A stretch of DNA of 64,000 nt from positions 94,540 to 158,539 of the forward strand of contig JAHLWR010000008.1 in assembly GCA_019057815.1 (NCBI GenBank), read 5' to 3'. This DNA comes from Candidatus Heimdallarchaeota archaeon. Lineage in GTDB: Archaea > Asgardarchaeota > Heimdallarchaeia > Heimdallarchaeales > Heimdallarchaeaceae. Position numbers and translations under genes: made by a program. The first letter of the stretch is position 1, and each line of letters starts with the position of its first letter. Positions 18,425 to 29,523 of this stretch are shown here, one piece after another. Under the pieces are notes generated by a model that saw only the letters and a program-made list of their open reading frames with translations, did no database searches and was not told the DNA's origin.

Positions 18425-21097
18425 CTACTTCTCTTCGTTTTTCTTATTCCTTCTTCTGAATACTACAACAGTTTGTATAAACACTAATAATCCACCTAAC
18501 ATTAACAATGTTGTTCCATCAAAACCGGCTGCTATTGTTGATTGAGATATGTATGAGATTTCATATATTGGGATGGATCTATAAATAGTCCCATTTGTAT
18601 CCATTACAGTAATGTAGTATCTAATTATTGTTCCTGCAATATGAGTACCTAATTCTTCATAAATGTATTTGTAAGAAGTTTCATTGTAATATAAGAGAGC
18701 TGAATAGTTATTAGTACTATCATCGATTGGACTATATAGTTCATAACTTATATTTACCTGTCTTTTTCCTTCAACTACCATGACATCCTCTCTCTCGGTA
18801 ATTGATACTTCTATCCAATATTCTACGTTTTCAAAGAATACAATAGATGATGCGATTACAACCTCATTTTCATCATTGATATATTCGTAATACACACGTG
18901 GTGTGTTGATTATGAAAGGAGTATTTGCTGTTTGACCTACAGTGTAAGTGTAATTTACAGATATTACGCTGAATGATGATTCGGTAAAAGTTGTATAATT
19001 TACTCTTATTCTGTAGATAATTGTATAGTCATAGTCAAAAACAGGTATATATCCATTGTAAGAAAATATCGAACCTATACTACCGAAACTTGTATTTGTG
19101 TAGGAGATATCCTGTGTGATGAATTCATTTACTAGTGATGGAAGATACTCAAGATATACTTGAACTTCTAATCCTTGTGGTTGAAAAATTTGTGTTTCAA
19201 CTGAGACTTCATCTACATCTGTTGGTTTTACTACGCCTTGAGTCACGAATTCTATAGTAGGAGCGGGTTGGTAAGGAATAGTTCTTGTTCCATTATCATA
19301 TATATCATATGATTTTCCTTCATATGTTGCTACTGTGATGAAAACTACGTCATCAAGATTATCTTCATAGTAATTTCCAGATATTGTTCCATTATCCCCA
19401 ATAATATCAAAATCACCTAAACTTTCTTCGATTTGAGCTATATTATTGACATCATTCATGAAATTATTATCATATACTTTGAAATTAACACTGTTTTTAA
19501 CAACTATGGCATCAATAACTATTTGATCAAAAGTGTTTCCAATCACTCCTGCATTGATACATTGGATGATTTGTACACCATAATCAAGAACCTTGAAATC
19601 ACCATCTTTTATAATTAGACCCAAGGAATTTCTTCCAACAACACCAATATCTGAAGTGTTGAGGATGTTACCACTTAATGTTACTAATTCTGAGAACCAA
19701 ATACTAATTCCATAAGTTGATTCAAAAACTCCATTTGAAGCAATTTTAACTTCAGGCGATGACCATATACTTATTCCAAATGTTGCATTTATTGCAGTAT
19801 TAGCTGTAATAATAGAAGATTTACTTTGTTCTATATAAATTCCTGAGACAGTGTCCTCAATAGTATTTCCTAATACTTCAATCTGTCTTCCTCCAATAAT
19901 GGCTATTCCTTCATCCACACCAGTTAAAGAATTCCTTAATACAACATCATACCTTCCTTCCGCTATCGAAATTCCTCTTAAGGCGTCAGTTATTATGTTT
20001 TCATAAACTTCTGTTCTTTGCGATTCCTCAATTTTTATAGCAATGTCACTGACTTGATTGAAAGAATTTTCATATATTTCTATTACATCTGAATCGAAAA
20101 CAAAAATACCTGTTGTAATGTTGTCAAATGTATTAGAGTAAATTACGAATGGAGTATTTGTCAAGAACAGACCTAGGTTTAGATCATTGAATTCATTATC
20201 AAAAACTAGAGTACTACTGGAAGACACACCTTGAATTGCCATATCATGAATATCATTGAAGATATTATCTTCAATTGAAGCTTTTGTAACAGAAATTAAA
20301 TCCATTGCAATAGAGGCATTAGTGATAGTATTTTGATAGATATATGGACTTGTTGAAGTTATTGTCATACCCAGAACAGCATTCTCAATTGTGTTATCTT
20401 GTATTATTGGCAGTTTAACTGTTTTCATACGTATGGCATACTCAGCTATTTCGTTGATGTAATTCGATTTAATTGTAACGTTATCAGATTTCTCTGTATC
20501 AATTGCAAAATTCATGTTGACAAAATCATTATTCTCGAAAATACCTGTCGTAACATTAATAATATCCCATCCATCTTCTAAGTCTATGAATTCACTGTCA
20601 GTTACAGAAATGAAAACAGAAGAGATAGCATCTATCTCGGGGCTATAGTATATTTCAGTTTGATCTATTGTAATATTTGAATATCTTAATTTGAAACTTG
20701 TAAAAGATATTTTGCTTCCTTCAATGTTAATGGAAGTAACATGTTTTGAATTTGCGTCAATTGTAAGGGTATAATTCGCATCTACAACTGATATATTACT
20801 ATTAAAAATTTCTAATTCTCCATCAACTATTATTTTATGTCTTTTGAGTAGAGTTGAATTAAATGTTAAATCACAATTCTGTATTGTTAGTTTTGCTCCA
20901 GGCTCAATTTCAATGGATCCATTCATTATATAAGTTGCATCCTGAAGAACTTCATCAGTTGAAATTATCCAATCTCCATCTGCAGGAGGTTGAAAGAACA
21001 CATTATGTCCACTTATTGTCCACGGAAATCCTGTACTTACTAAACATGTTATAAACATTAATGTTAAGAAAATTTGCGCATTTTTAGAAACTTTCAT
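18425..21097 (-). CDS. cell-surface right-handed parallel beta-helix (NosD/CASH-like) protein
   Basis: signal peptide, many I..N.F..GI repeats, N-glycosylation sequons, C-terminal GF + TM + RRRNKK anchor. Confidence 0.8.
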   Translation of the reverse strand: MKVSKNAQIFLTLMFITCLVSTGFPWTISGHNVFFQPPADGDWIISTDEVLQDATYIMNGSIEIEPGAKLTIQNCDLTFNSTLLKRHKIIVDGELEIFNSNISVVDANYTLTIDANSKHVTSINIEGSKISFTSFKLRYSNITIDQTEIYYSPEIDAISSVFISVTDSEFIDLEDGWDIINVTTGIFENNDFVNMNFAIDTEKSDNVTIKSNYINEIAEYAIRMKTVKLPIIQDNTIENAVLGMTITSTSPYIYQNTITNASIAMDLISVTKASIEDNIFNDIHDMAIQGVSSSSTLVFDNEFNDLNLGLFLTNTPFVIYSNTFDNITTGIFVFDSDVIEIYENSFNQVSDIAIKIEESQRTEVYENIITDALRGISIAEGRYDVVLRNSLTGVDEGIAIIGGRQIEVLGNTIEDTVSGIYIEQSKSSIITANTAINATFGISIWSSPEVKIASNGVFESTYGISIWFSELVTLSGNILNTSDIGVVGRNSLGLIIKDGDFKVLDYGVQIIQCINAGVIGNTFDQIVIDAIVVKNSVNFKVYDNNFMNDVNNIAQIEESLGDFDIIGDNGTISGNYYEDNLDDVVFITVATYEGKSYDIYDNGTRTIPYQPAPTIEFVTQGVVKPTDVDEVSVETQIFQPQGLEVQVYLEYLPSLVNEFITQDISYTNTSFGSIGSIFSYNGYIPVFDYDYTIIYRIRVNYTTFTESSFSVISVNYTYTVGQTANTPFIINTPRVYYEYINDENEVVIASSIVFFENVEYWIEVSITEREDVMVVEGKRQVNISYELYSPIDDSTNNYSALLYYNETSYKYIYEELGTHIAGTIIRYYITVMDTNGTIYRSIPIYEISYISQSTIAAGFDGTTLLMLGGLLVFIQTVVVFRRRNKKNEEK

Positions 21098-21290
21098 CTA
21101 ATTAACCTCTTAAACGTGGCATATACACTACTTTTTCGTGATGTTTGTGCATTTTTAAAGTTTCTGTATTAGTCTTTTAATGAAAAAGTGTCCAAAAACA
21201 TTAAAATCTCACAGAACCAGTATATATGATATGTATGGTAAAAAAAACTTGTTCACAACATTTTTGTAACGAGAACAAAACTATCGCTAA

Positions 21291-22538
21291 ATGACTGAAC
21301 ATCGCGATTCTACTCAAGACACTGATTCGAACTCTAAAAAAGATGAGAAGCGACAGAAAACCTTAGCTAAAGGAATCTCAATTACACAAAGCACAGCATT
21401 ACAACTCTACTTCAATTATGGGACATTACTAGCTATTAGAATTGGTGCTGAACCCATTCACATGTCTTTTATAACAGCTATCCAAAATCTAGGAACAGCT
21501 TTATTACAAGGATTGTTCGGTCAATTATCTGATCGTTTTGGAAGAAAGATTGTACTCTCAATTGGTTTTTTAATTACTACAATCGCAACAATAGGTCTTG
21601 CATCATTGTCAAATGTTATTGTTTTCATGATAATTATAGGTTTGTACTCAATTGGAATGAGTATGATAGTTCCTTCTTGGAATGCTTTAATGGGAGATTT
21701 AAGCACAAAAGAGACCCAAACAAAGCTTATTGGAAAATTGAGTATGATTGGAACTCTCTCATCCTCAGTCATAATGTTAATTTTAGGTTTTACATCTGAT
21801 TATCTTCCACTAGATCAAACAAACAAATTTCGAGTTATGATGTTTCTAGGTGCACTTATTCTTGCTCTTGCCATAATTCTTGTAATTAAGATTAAGGAAA
21901 CTAATGTAGAGAAAAAATCAGCAAGAAAATCATCGCTCTTATTACCTTTTAAAAACAAAAAATTTAGAGTTTTTCTCATTTCCACATCTTTTTGGTGGTT
22001 TACAATGAGTTTTATGTGGCCATTAGGTCCCTTTGTTATAAGTAGAGTAAACCCAAACAACTTTCATGTTGCAATCTTCGCTGCTGCTTTTGCAGTAGGT
22101 ATGTTTGCAGGACAATTTTTAGCAAGTAAAGTAGCTGATAAAATTGGTAGAAGATTCACGCTTGTTCTGAGTTTTCTTGCATTAAGTTTTGTTCCAATTT
22201 CGTACAGCTTCGTTTATGATTGGTATTTCATTATCCCAGCAAATCTTCTTGCAGGTTTAGGGAACGGACTTTTAGGGGTGACTTTAAGTTCTGAACTGCT
22301 ATTTTTAGCTGGTATTAAAGACCGAGGAGCGTTCTCAGGCTCATATAATTTAGTATCAGGAATTATAACATTTATTGGGTCTTTAACTAGTGGGATTATA
22401 TTCCAGCATCTAACAAAGTTTTACGATTTAAACTACATTTTGACAGTCTATCTTGTTATAATGACTTGTGCTAGATTTATTGCACTAATACCAACGCTAC
22501 TTCTTTCATCAAAAGAGAAACCTAGAAAGGAAATCTAG
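21291..22538 (+). CDS. MFS transporter
   Basis: GQLSDRFGRK and ADKIGRR motif A; about 12 TM. Confidence 0.9.
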   Translation: MTEHRDSTQDTDSNSKKDEKRQKTLAKGISITQSTALQLYFNYGTLLAIRIGAEPIHMSFITAIQNLGTALLQGLFGQLSDRFGRKIVLSIGFLITTIATIGLASLSNVIVFMIIIGLYSIGMSMIVPSWNALMGDLSTKETQTKLIGKLSMIGTLSSSVIMLILGFTSDYLPLDQTNKFRVMMFLGALILALAIILVIKIKETNVEKKSARKSSLLLPFKNKKFRVFLISTSFWWFTMSFMWPLGPFVISRVNPNNFHVAIFAAAFAVGMFAGQFLASKVADKIGRRFTLVLSFLALSFVPISYSFVYDWYFIIPANLLAGLGNGLLGVTLSSELLFLAGIKDRGAFSGSYNLVSGIITFIGSLTSGIIFQHLTKFYDLNYILTVYLVIMTCARFIALIPTLLLSSKEKPRKEI

Positions 22539-22571
22539 TATACTGTGCTTTCTTTTCGAAAGAGTTAAAAC

Positions 22572-23078
22572 ATGGATTTTAAATCTTCTTTCATGGAATT
22601 TCTTAATAGGAATCACTATTGTAAAAAGTGTGATAAGAGAGTTTCCTATTTTCGCTTTACAACTAAGAAATTTGTACAAGAAGATCTTCAATGTCCAATT
22701 TGTCAGGAAAAAGTAGTTTCATTTTGGGAAAAGCTAAGATACAAATATATAATACCCTATTTTTTTGCGTTTCCATTCTATGTGATGTCTACAATTTATA
22801 TCTTATGGAAATTCGCGTATAATAGCCCATTAGAAGCAGTGGACAGATTTATAACAATTTTCAATGTTTTCATCTGTGCGTTCATAATAATTATTTCAAC
22901 TCTTAACAACAAGAAAGCTACTCCCCCTGAAACTTCTGATAAATCTCTTGAAAAGTTAAAAGTGTTCAAACAGCAAGTCATTTGGGTTATAATATTAACT
23001 CTACTAGGATTATTAGTAGCAGCACTTACAAACTATATCGAATGGCTTATTTGGAAAGGGATCGAATCCTTATTCTAG
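22572..23078 (+). CDS. membrane protein with N-terminal zinc ribbon
   Basis: CKKC..CPIC followed by 3 TM helices. Confidence 0.6.
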   Translation: MDFKSSFMEFLNRNHYCKKCDKRVSYFRFTTKKFVQEDLQCPICQEKVVSFWEKLRYKYIIPYFFAFPFYVMSTIYILWKFAYNSPLEAVDRFITIFNVFICAFIIIISTLNNKKATPPETSDKSLEKLKVFKQQVIWVIILTLLGLLVAALTNYIEWLIWKGIESLF

Positions 23079-23175
23079 AGATTCTACAATTGTTTTGTCA
23101 ACTTTTTTCAGATTACTGAATGATAAACTACTCCTGATTGGCAGTTAAAAAGGCAGAAGAGAAAAAAGAGAGATT

Positions 23176-24378
23176 CTAATCAAGATAAAGACTTTTCTCT
23201 TTTTGTATTCCTTTTGTTGCAAAACGAACTAGAACAGCCATTAAGCCTAGAATCAATACCAAATACAGAATTATTTCATAGTTCCATACACCAGAGATAA
23301 TCAAAAGGCCGATTCTATAGCACCAGAAGAATGGATTGATCATTAAACCGGTAGATGTTGCCAAAGGATTCATCAGAACAACGAAGTAAAAGAACATTGC
23401 TAAACCTATCGATACGAGGGGGCTAAGTCTTTCAGCTGCTTCCCGGGTCAAATTACAATCAACAGCCATTGTAATCAAAGTTGATATCAGTAAGGCAACT
23501 ACAACAGCTATAAAACCGATTATTATGTCCCAAACAGTAAGCACAGACATATTGAACCCAAAAGCATCTAATAATACACTAGTCCTTGCTGAACCAAGAG
23601 ATGTTCCTACCACGATCCCCAAAACATAGGATAATGTAGAACCCACACTTGCTATTATCGCAGTAATCGTTTTTGATATTATCAAAAAACTATGATTGTG
23701 AGTATAAGAAAGTAATAATTCTAGTGTTCTCATTCTTTTTTCTCTTGCAAAGCCTATCAATGAATTTGATGAAGAATTTAGAGCGATTAATAGAAACAAC
23801 ATGTAACCCAAGGGATAAGCAATAGCGGTAGCTTTAGGTCCATAAATAATCTCTTCTCCAGAAGATTGAGGTTGAAGAGGGATAGGATTAATGTCTGGAA
23901 CAGTTCGATTTGCTAAGAAGGTTATCATAACTTTTTCAGCAATAGTAAGGATTCCTTGAAAAACACTATTTGTCTGCATGGTATTAACAGCATCAACAGT
24001 ATAAAGGATGGGTATAGAAAAATATGCAAATTCACTGAAATTCTCGGGAATGTATAACCCCAAATCTTTTGTTTTAAAGACACTTGATGAGTTATCAACT
24101 AACTCAACTTTGATTGATGAACTATCTAAATAATATTCTGATAAATTGCCTATTATAGCATCACCTATTACGTTTCCACCATATCCTAAATCATCACTAT
24201 AAACTAGTAAATTAAAAGATTGCTCACTTCCAAAAAGAGAGGGTAACCCAATCATAAGGAACATAAGCAAAAATGGACCACCGAAAATAAGTATGGCTAC
24301 ACGCTTTCTAAATAGCAAGGATATATCTTTTTTCAATAAAGCTTTAAGCTGGTAGAAGTAGAGGTTTTTTTCTTTCAA
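23176..24378 (-). CDS. ABC-2 type transporter permease
   Basis: REKRMRTLELLL motif, 6 TM, overlaps the ATPase stop. Confidence 0.85.
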   Translation of the reverse strand: MKEKNLYFYQLKALLKKDISLLFRKRVAILIFGGPFLLMFLMIGLPSLFGSEQSFNLLVYSDDLGYGGNVIGDAIIGNLSEYYLDSSSIKVELVDNSSSVFKTKDLGLYIPENFSEFAYFSIPILYTVDAVNTMQTNSVFQGILTIAEKVMITFLANRTVPDINPIPLQPQSSGEEIIYGPKATAIAYPLGYMLFLLIALNSSSNSLIGFAREKRMRTLELLLSYTHNHSFLIISKTITAIIASVGSTLSYVLGIVVGTSLGSARTSVLLDAFGFNMSVLTVWDIIIGFIAVVVALLISTLITMAVDCNLTREAAERLSPLVSIGLAMFFYFVVLMNPLATSTGLMINPFFWCYRIGLLIISGVWNYEIILYLVLILGLMAVLVRFATKGIQKEKSLYLD

Positions 24379-25190
24379 AATATAACCTCCTGAATAGCAT
24401 TCTTATTTTGTAATGGAGTTTTGAATGCGTTTACGATTGCGTCTTCAAAATCTTTCGTATCTGAAGCATATTGATCTATTATTGCATCTTTAGTACCTTG
24501 GAAAATAAGCTGTCCTTCCTTCAATATTCCACAGTATTCAGCCAACTCTTCTAGATCAGAAACTATGTGGGAAGAAAGAAGAACTGTTTTCCCTTCCTCA
24601 ACTAAATCTTTAATGATTTGACGTATATACTTAGCTTTTGTTATATCTAAGCCACTTGTTGGTTCATCCAAAATTAGAATGTCTTTATCTGTGATGATTG
24701 CCATTATAAAACTAAATGCTCTTTGTTCTCCCCCTGATAATTTTGAAAACTGTTTATGAACTAAATCTTCAGTTATTTCTAATTTTTTGAAGTATTCTGC
24801 AAGTTTAGGTTTTGCTTCTTCAAAACTCTGACCATTTAATTTGAGAATAAACTTAATATTCTGCATTGGAGTAAGATCAACATAAGCTGAAGAATATTGA
24901 GGTAGCAATCCAATCTGTCCTCTAATCATTTTTGGATCAATTGTAATTTCTACTCCATTCACAGTAACAGTTCCCTCTGTAGGTGCTAATATACCTAGAA
25001 TCATCCTAATTGTAGTTGTTTTTCCAGCACCATTGGGGCCTAAAAGAGCGTAAATTGACCCCTTTGGAACTAATAAATTTACACCTCTAACAGCAACTTT
25101 CTCCTTGAAAACTTTAGTTAAACTACTTGTTTCAATCATATAATCGGTCATTGTGTTAGTGAAAACGATTTGTTTCTTAAAACTTCTCAT
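24375..25190 (-). CDS. ABC transporter ATP-binding protein
   Basis: GPNGAGKTT, LSGGE, ILDEPT, SSH. Confidence 0.93.
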   Translation of the reverse strand: MRSFKKQIVFTNTMTDYMIETSSLTKVFKEKVAVRGVNLLVPKGSIYALLGPNGAGKTTTIRMILGILAPTEGTVTVNGVEITIDPKMIRGQIGLLPQYSSAYVDLTPMQNIKFILKLNGQSFEEAKPKLAEYFKKLEITEDLVHKQFSKLSGGEQRAFSFIMAIITDKDILILDEPTSGLDITKAKYIRQIIKDLVEEGKTVLLSSHIVSDLEELAEYCGILKEGQLIFQGTKDAIIDQYASDTKDFEDAIVNAFKTPLQNKNAIQEVIF

Positions 25191-25243
25191 TCACATTTTG
25201 TAAAAGATGACATAGGGAGATATTTTTTTATTCAATAAAGTCA

Positions 25244-26233
25244 TTGATTTTTCTAATGATTGATTACGCTATTTGTGGAACACGAAATTCAAATGTTGGA
25301 TTACCAAAAGGTCGGAAGATTTTAGCTGAAGGTGGAACTGCATTAGACGCAGTAGAAGAAAGTATAAAATTAATAGAAAATAACCCTTATGATATATCAG
25401 TAGGCTTCAACGGTTTTCCCAACTTGCTTGGCATTGTAGAATTAGACGCGTCTATAATGGAAGGAAAGACTCTAAAAGTAGGAGCTGTTGCTGCAGTAAA
25501 AAATTATAGACATCCTATCTCTATTGCAAGAAATGTAATGGAAATCACTCCCCATGTTATGTTAGTAGGTGAAGGTGCAGAGAAATTTGCAAAAGCGATT
25601 GGATTTCAAGAAGAAGAGATTATCGATGAGCTTGGAATTAAAAACTACAAGAATGTGATGGAAGGGAAAAGTCTAGAATTGCCTTTAGAAGCAGAGAATT
25701 TAATCAGAGAGCTTTTTATGAATTTTGATAAACATTTAAAGGAAGTTATGAACAAATATCCCATCAAAGCGTGGTACAAGAAATTGAGTTTTGACAAACA
25801 TGGTACAACCAATGTAATTGCATTAGATAAAGATGGAAATATGGCTGTTGGAGTATCAACTTCAGGAATAGCAATGAAATTTCCAGGAAGAGTCGGTGAT
25901 TCACCCATACCAGGAGCAGGAATTTATTGTAACAATGTTGCTGGTTCTGCATGTACAGGCACAGGAGAAATCGCAATACGTTTATCTCTTGCACGCATGG
26001 TCGTTAATAGAATAGAAAATGATATGACTCCAGAGCATGCTGCCGAGATTGGAATCTTAGATGTAATCAAACTTAATGAAGATGGCGTAATTCATATCTT
26101 AACAATGGATAAACAAGGAAATTCAGCAGGAGTTACCAATAAGGATGGTTTGTTCTATTATCATACTGATTCTACAACAGAGAAATTTATTAAAAGAAGT
26201 AGTACGTACTTATATAGAAAAAAAATAGCGTAA
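25244..26233 (+). CDS. isoaspartyl peptidase / glycosylasparaginase (Ntn hydrolase, asparaginase_2)
   Basis: ELDASIM, HG/T nucleophile site, STSG..GRVGDSPIPGAG, TGTGE. Confidence 0.9.
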   Translation: MIFLMIDYAICGTRNSNVGLPKGRKILAEGGTALDAVEESIKLIENNPYDISVGFNGFPNLLGIVELDASIMEGKTLKVGAVAAVKNYRHPISIARNVMEITPHVMLVGEGAEKFAKAIGFQEEEIIDELGIKNYKNVMEGKSLELPLEAENLIRELFMNFDKHLKEVMNKYPIKAWYKKLSFDKHGTTNVIALDKDGNMAVGVSTSGIAMKFPGRVGDSPIPGAGIYCNNVAGSACTGTGEIAIRLSLARMVVNRIENDMTPEHAAEIGILDVIKLNEDGVIHILTMDKQGNSAGVTNKDGLFYYHTDSTTEKFIKRSSTYLYRKKIA

Positions 26234-26317
26234 TCCAAGTCTCGTGTTTTACTTTCTCTATTAGTTGATGAAATGAAATGAGAATAGAAGAAAAGAAAAA
26301 TAGAAGAAAGATGAGAG

Positions 26318-28075
26318 TTAAGTGAAGAAGTAACTAACTATAACGTCGAATATAAACCACGTAAATGTCCCAATATATGCTAATACAATTAGCACATAAG
26401 TAAGGATTTTAGCGGTCTTATAATCTTGATCTGAGAGATGAGGTACTACGATTGAAAATAGTAATGGTACTATAACAACAAAAGTCACAATAATCACAAA
26501 TAACCATATACTTTCTGATAGTATATATTCAAAACCTAAAATTTTTCCTAGTAGACTTCCAAATACTGCCGCTATTATAATGAATACTTCTATAACTAAA
26601 ATATATATCATGCTTTTTTTATAAAGGTCTAAATTCTTGATGGAACGGTTTTCATCAGTATTTCTTTGAAGCAAAACCATTGATTGAATTATCACAGGTA
26701 GAACTAGTAAAGCTGACATCCACGTGAATGCCTTTAAAACAAAAATATTCGCTTTCGATAGATCTCCAATAGTTAAAATTCCACCAAGTAAAAATTGAAC
26801 TATGATGAAAATAACAGATAATATCATAATTCCTCTATAGGCAGAATCTATTGTTGATGTTGTTCTGATCTCTGTAGGGAAGATTTCTTCATCTTTTTCT
26901 AACTCATAGATAGCATTGAGTTCGTATCTATTGTATTTGAGTTGTGAATACTCATATGAGACAATAAGAGCAGCAAAGATAAGAATCCCATCATGAGCAA
27001 AAAGATTCCAAGGTAAAATAAAAGCAACAGGAATTATTGTTATAAATAGTGTTATCCAGATGCTGTTGATAACTAAAGGATTAGGTTTTTTATCAAGATT
27101 TTTCTCTAAATCTTTAGGGTCTTTTCTGAATTTATACCTGATATTTTCAAAAGATGTTTTTATTCCGAAAATCAGACGTTTTATCCAGTTTTTGTCATAA
27201 ATGAACTTTTCTCTTCTCTTGAATTCAGCTATCCTAGCATCTTGTGATGACAGCTTTTCTCTTTTTGTTTTTTGAGTAGTATAAAGAACTGCTCCCAAGA
27301 GGAAAGCAAAAATTAAAGGATATGTTATACTCCAAGTTATTTGTTGAGTGTTAAATGGAAAATTTGTTTCAATTATTACTGAGAATAGTCCCACTATTAT
27401 CTCTAATGTCCAAATGAACATAGCGGGTACAAAAGTAAGAACTAATATCCTTCCACCCATTCGTGGAGAATAATCAGGTCCTTTACTAGACCAGAATCTG
27501 AAGGTTAATGCCATAGCAAGTAAAATTACACCCAAGATAAGTTCTTGCCCGATAATGTAGCCATAATTATTTCTACTTGAAACTAAGAAAACACCAAATA
27601 AAGATGCCAGAGTTGCCATTATTTGAATAATAGAAAACATAATTTTTTGCATAACTAGCTTCTTTTCATCTTTTGTGTTTGTCTCTGAATCTTTGTATCC
27701 AATCTCCATCAATTTATACTTATGATCATTTTTTGCACCAAAGAGGAATGTAATTATCTTCATTGTCATGAATATTGTCATAGCTACGAGCAACATGCGG
27801 AAACCAAATGTTGCAATTTGATACAGGATAATAATTCCATCTTTATATGGATCAGAAAGTAATGGTAGGGTTGGTATACCAAATATTAAAACAAAGCCAA
27901 ATAAAACTTTTAGCCAACTTTTCATCCCTGTACTTTTGTTAATTATACCTCCAAGGGCTTCAAACTTCTTTCTTTGTCTAAACATCTTTTCAGCTGATAG
28001 TTCTACTGAAGTCATATTGAACAAACTTTGTTTTATTTGGGTGTTTATAGATTTTTCGCATACTAAGTAAAACAA
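26318..28075 (-). CDS. polytopic membrane protein, unknown function
   Basis: 585-aa ORF with more than 10 hydrophobic segments. Confidence 0.65.
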   Translation of the reverse strand: MFYLVCEKSINTQIKQSLFNMTSVELSAEKMFRQRKKFEALGGIINKSTGMKSWLKVLFGFVLIFGIPTLPLLSDPYKDGIIILYQIATFGFRMLLVAMTIFMTMKIITFLFGAKNDHKYKLMEIGYKDSETNTKDEKKLVMQKIMFSIIQIMATLASLFGVFLVSSRNNYGYIIGQELILGVILLAMALTFRFWSSKGPDYSPRMGGRILVLTFVPAMFIWTLEIIVGLFSVIIETNFPFNTQQITWSITYPLIFAFLLGAVLYTTQKTKREKLSSQDARIAEFKRREKFIYDKNWIKRLIFGIKTSFENIRYKFRKDPKDLEKNLDKKPNPLVINSIWITLFITIIPVAFILPWNLFAHDGILIFAALIVSYEYSQLKYNRYELNAIYELEKDEEIFPTEIRTTSTIDSAYRGIMILSVIFIIVQFLLGGILTIGDLSKANIFVLKAFTWMSALLVLPVIIQSMVLLQRNTDENRSIKNLDLYKKSMIYILVIEVFIIIAAVFGSLLGKILGFEYILSESIWLFVIIVTFVVIVPLLFSIVVPHLSDQDYKTAKILTYVLIVLAYIGTFTWFIFDVIVSYFFT

Positions 28076-28312
28076 TAGAATGAAAAATTAAAAGGTTAAA
28101 ATCTTTCTAAATATGTTATGAAAACCTAAGAGTTATTTTTAAGAGATTAAACAGTAGTAGCCATCACTTAATCGAAAATAGAAGTTTAAGCTCTTTGATA
28201 TTTTGATAATTCAATTGCATTTCTTACTAATTTACAATCCAAGGATCAACAAAAAAGTTAGTAATAGAAGAATTTTCAAAAACGTTTTTTATTCCAGAGA
28301 TGAAAGTTTCAT

Positions 28313-28828
28313 ATGAATAAAAAACAAATAGCTGTAATAGGTTCAGGAATGATTCGAAAGGAAGAAATAAGAAATTTAACCGAAAATTTAGGTGAAAAAT
28401 TAATAGATAATGATTTCCGCATCATTTGTGGAGGGAAAGAAGGAGTAATGGAAGCAGTGTGTAAAGGTGCCCGAAGATCTAAAAACTATAAGGAAGGTAT
28501 GATTGTTGGAATCCTACCTTCTCTTGAACGGTTAGATGCCAATCCATATGTTGATATTGTAATTACAACAGGGATGTCATATGCTAGAAATCAAATAATT
28601 ATTTCTTCTGCAGATGTGGTAATAGCAATTCAAGGTGGAGCGGGAACGCTATCTGAAATAGCTTTTGCTTGGCAGTACGATAAACCAATAATTGTTCTCA
28701 AGAACACAGGTGGTTGGGCAGAGAAATTAACTGAAGTTAGATTAAATGAGAGAAAGAGAGAACCAATAATCGGAGCTAATAACGTTGAGGAAATAATAAC
28801 TTATTTAAAAAATACTTTCAAAACTTAA
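28313..28828 (+). CDS. LOG/SLOG-family nucleotide-binding protein (TIGR00725-like)
   Basis: CGGKEGVMEA, ARN, GGAGTLSEI. Confidence 0.85.
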   Translation: MNKKQIAVIGSGMIRKEEIRNLTENLGEKLIDNDFRIICGGKEGVMEAVCKGARRSKNYKEGMIVGILPSLERLDANPYVDIVITTGMSYARNQIIISSADVVIAIQGGAGTLSEIAFAWQYDKPIIVLKNTGGWAEKLTEVRLNERKREPIIGANNVEEIITYLKNTFKT

Positions 28829-28925
28829 TAAAATATCCATCTTAACAAGTAAGAAAAGCATAGAAACTTTTAAATTGAAACAAAAGCCAAGAAAACAGAA
28901 AACAGCTTTAAATGAAGCGATGAAA

Positions 28926-29033
28926 GACCAGGTAGTCAAGCTTGGTATGATACATGCTTGGGGACTTGTTTGATTGTGTATCCTCAAGCTATCGTGCATG
29001 TGACCCGGGGTTCAAATCCCCGCCTGGTCACCA
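28926..29033 (+). tRNA. tRNA-Pro(GGG) with 31-nt intron at 37/38 (28964-28994), encoded CCA
   Basis: acceptor GACCAGG/CCTGGTC-ACCA; anticodon stem CATGC/GCATG; loop TTGGGG|T; T arm CGGGG-TTCAAAT-CCCCG; BHB with CTTG/CAAG intron helix. Confidence 0.93.
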
Positions 29034-29289
29034 AATCACTTTTGAGCTTTAATTTCTATCTTATATCTCGAACTTTTTCTTAAGATTGTAAGTTGGATAA
29101 GAGGCATTTGCACATAGCTATCCATCTACTTCCATCTTTTCTCAATTATTTATTGCTTTTCAATTTTTTAACATTTCAGTTACATTATTGTCTGTAGCTG
29201 TGTAAAAGTAAAATCTTATCCCTTTATGTCGTTTAGATGAACTTTTAAATACATAAATATCTTGCAGTTTACACATTGTTGGTGATAAC

Positions 29290-29523
29290 ATGGTTCAAAC
29301 TGCTTATATACTTATTAATGTTCATCCTGGTATGCTTGACACAGTTAAAAATGGTTTAATTGCGATGGAAAGAGTATCTGAGGTTTATGCCGTTTATGGT
29401 ATCTATGATTTAATTGCTAAAATTGTTTTTGACACTATGGATGAGCTCAAAAACAAAGTTTTGAAAGACAGTGTAATTACTGAAGGTGTCAAGAATTCTA
29501 TGACAATGATTTGTGTCAACTAG
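29290..29523 (+). CDS. stand-alone Lrp/AsnC ligand-binding domain protein
   Basis: AYILINV..G, VYAVYGIYDLIAK. Confidence 0.85.
   Translation: MVQTAYILINVHPGMLDTVKNGLIAMERVSEVYAVYGIYDLIAKIVFDTMDELKNKVLKDSVITEGVKNSMTMICVN

Noticed and set aside
28926-29290. tRNA-anchored integrated element
   Set aside because: No integrase, and I found no duplicated tRNA 3' end in the window.
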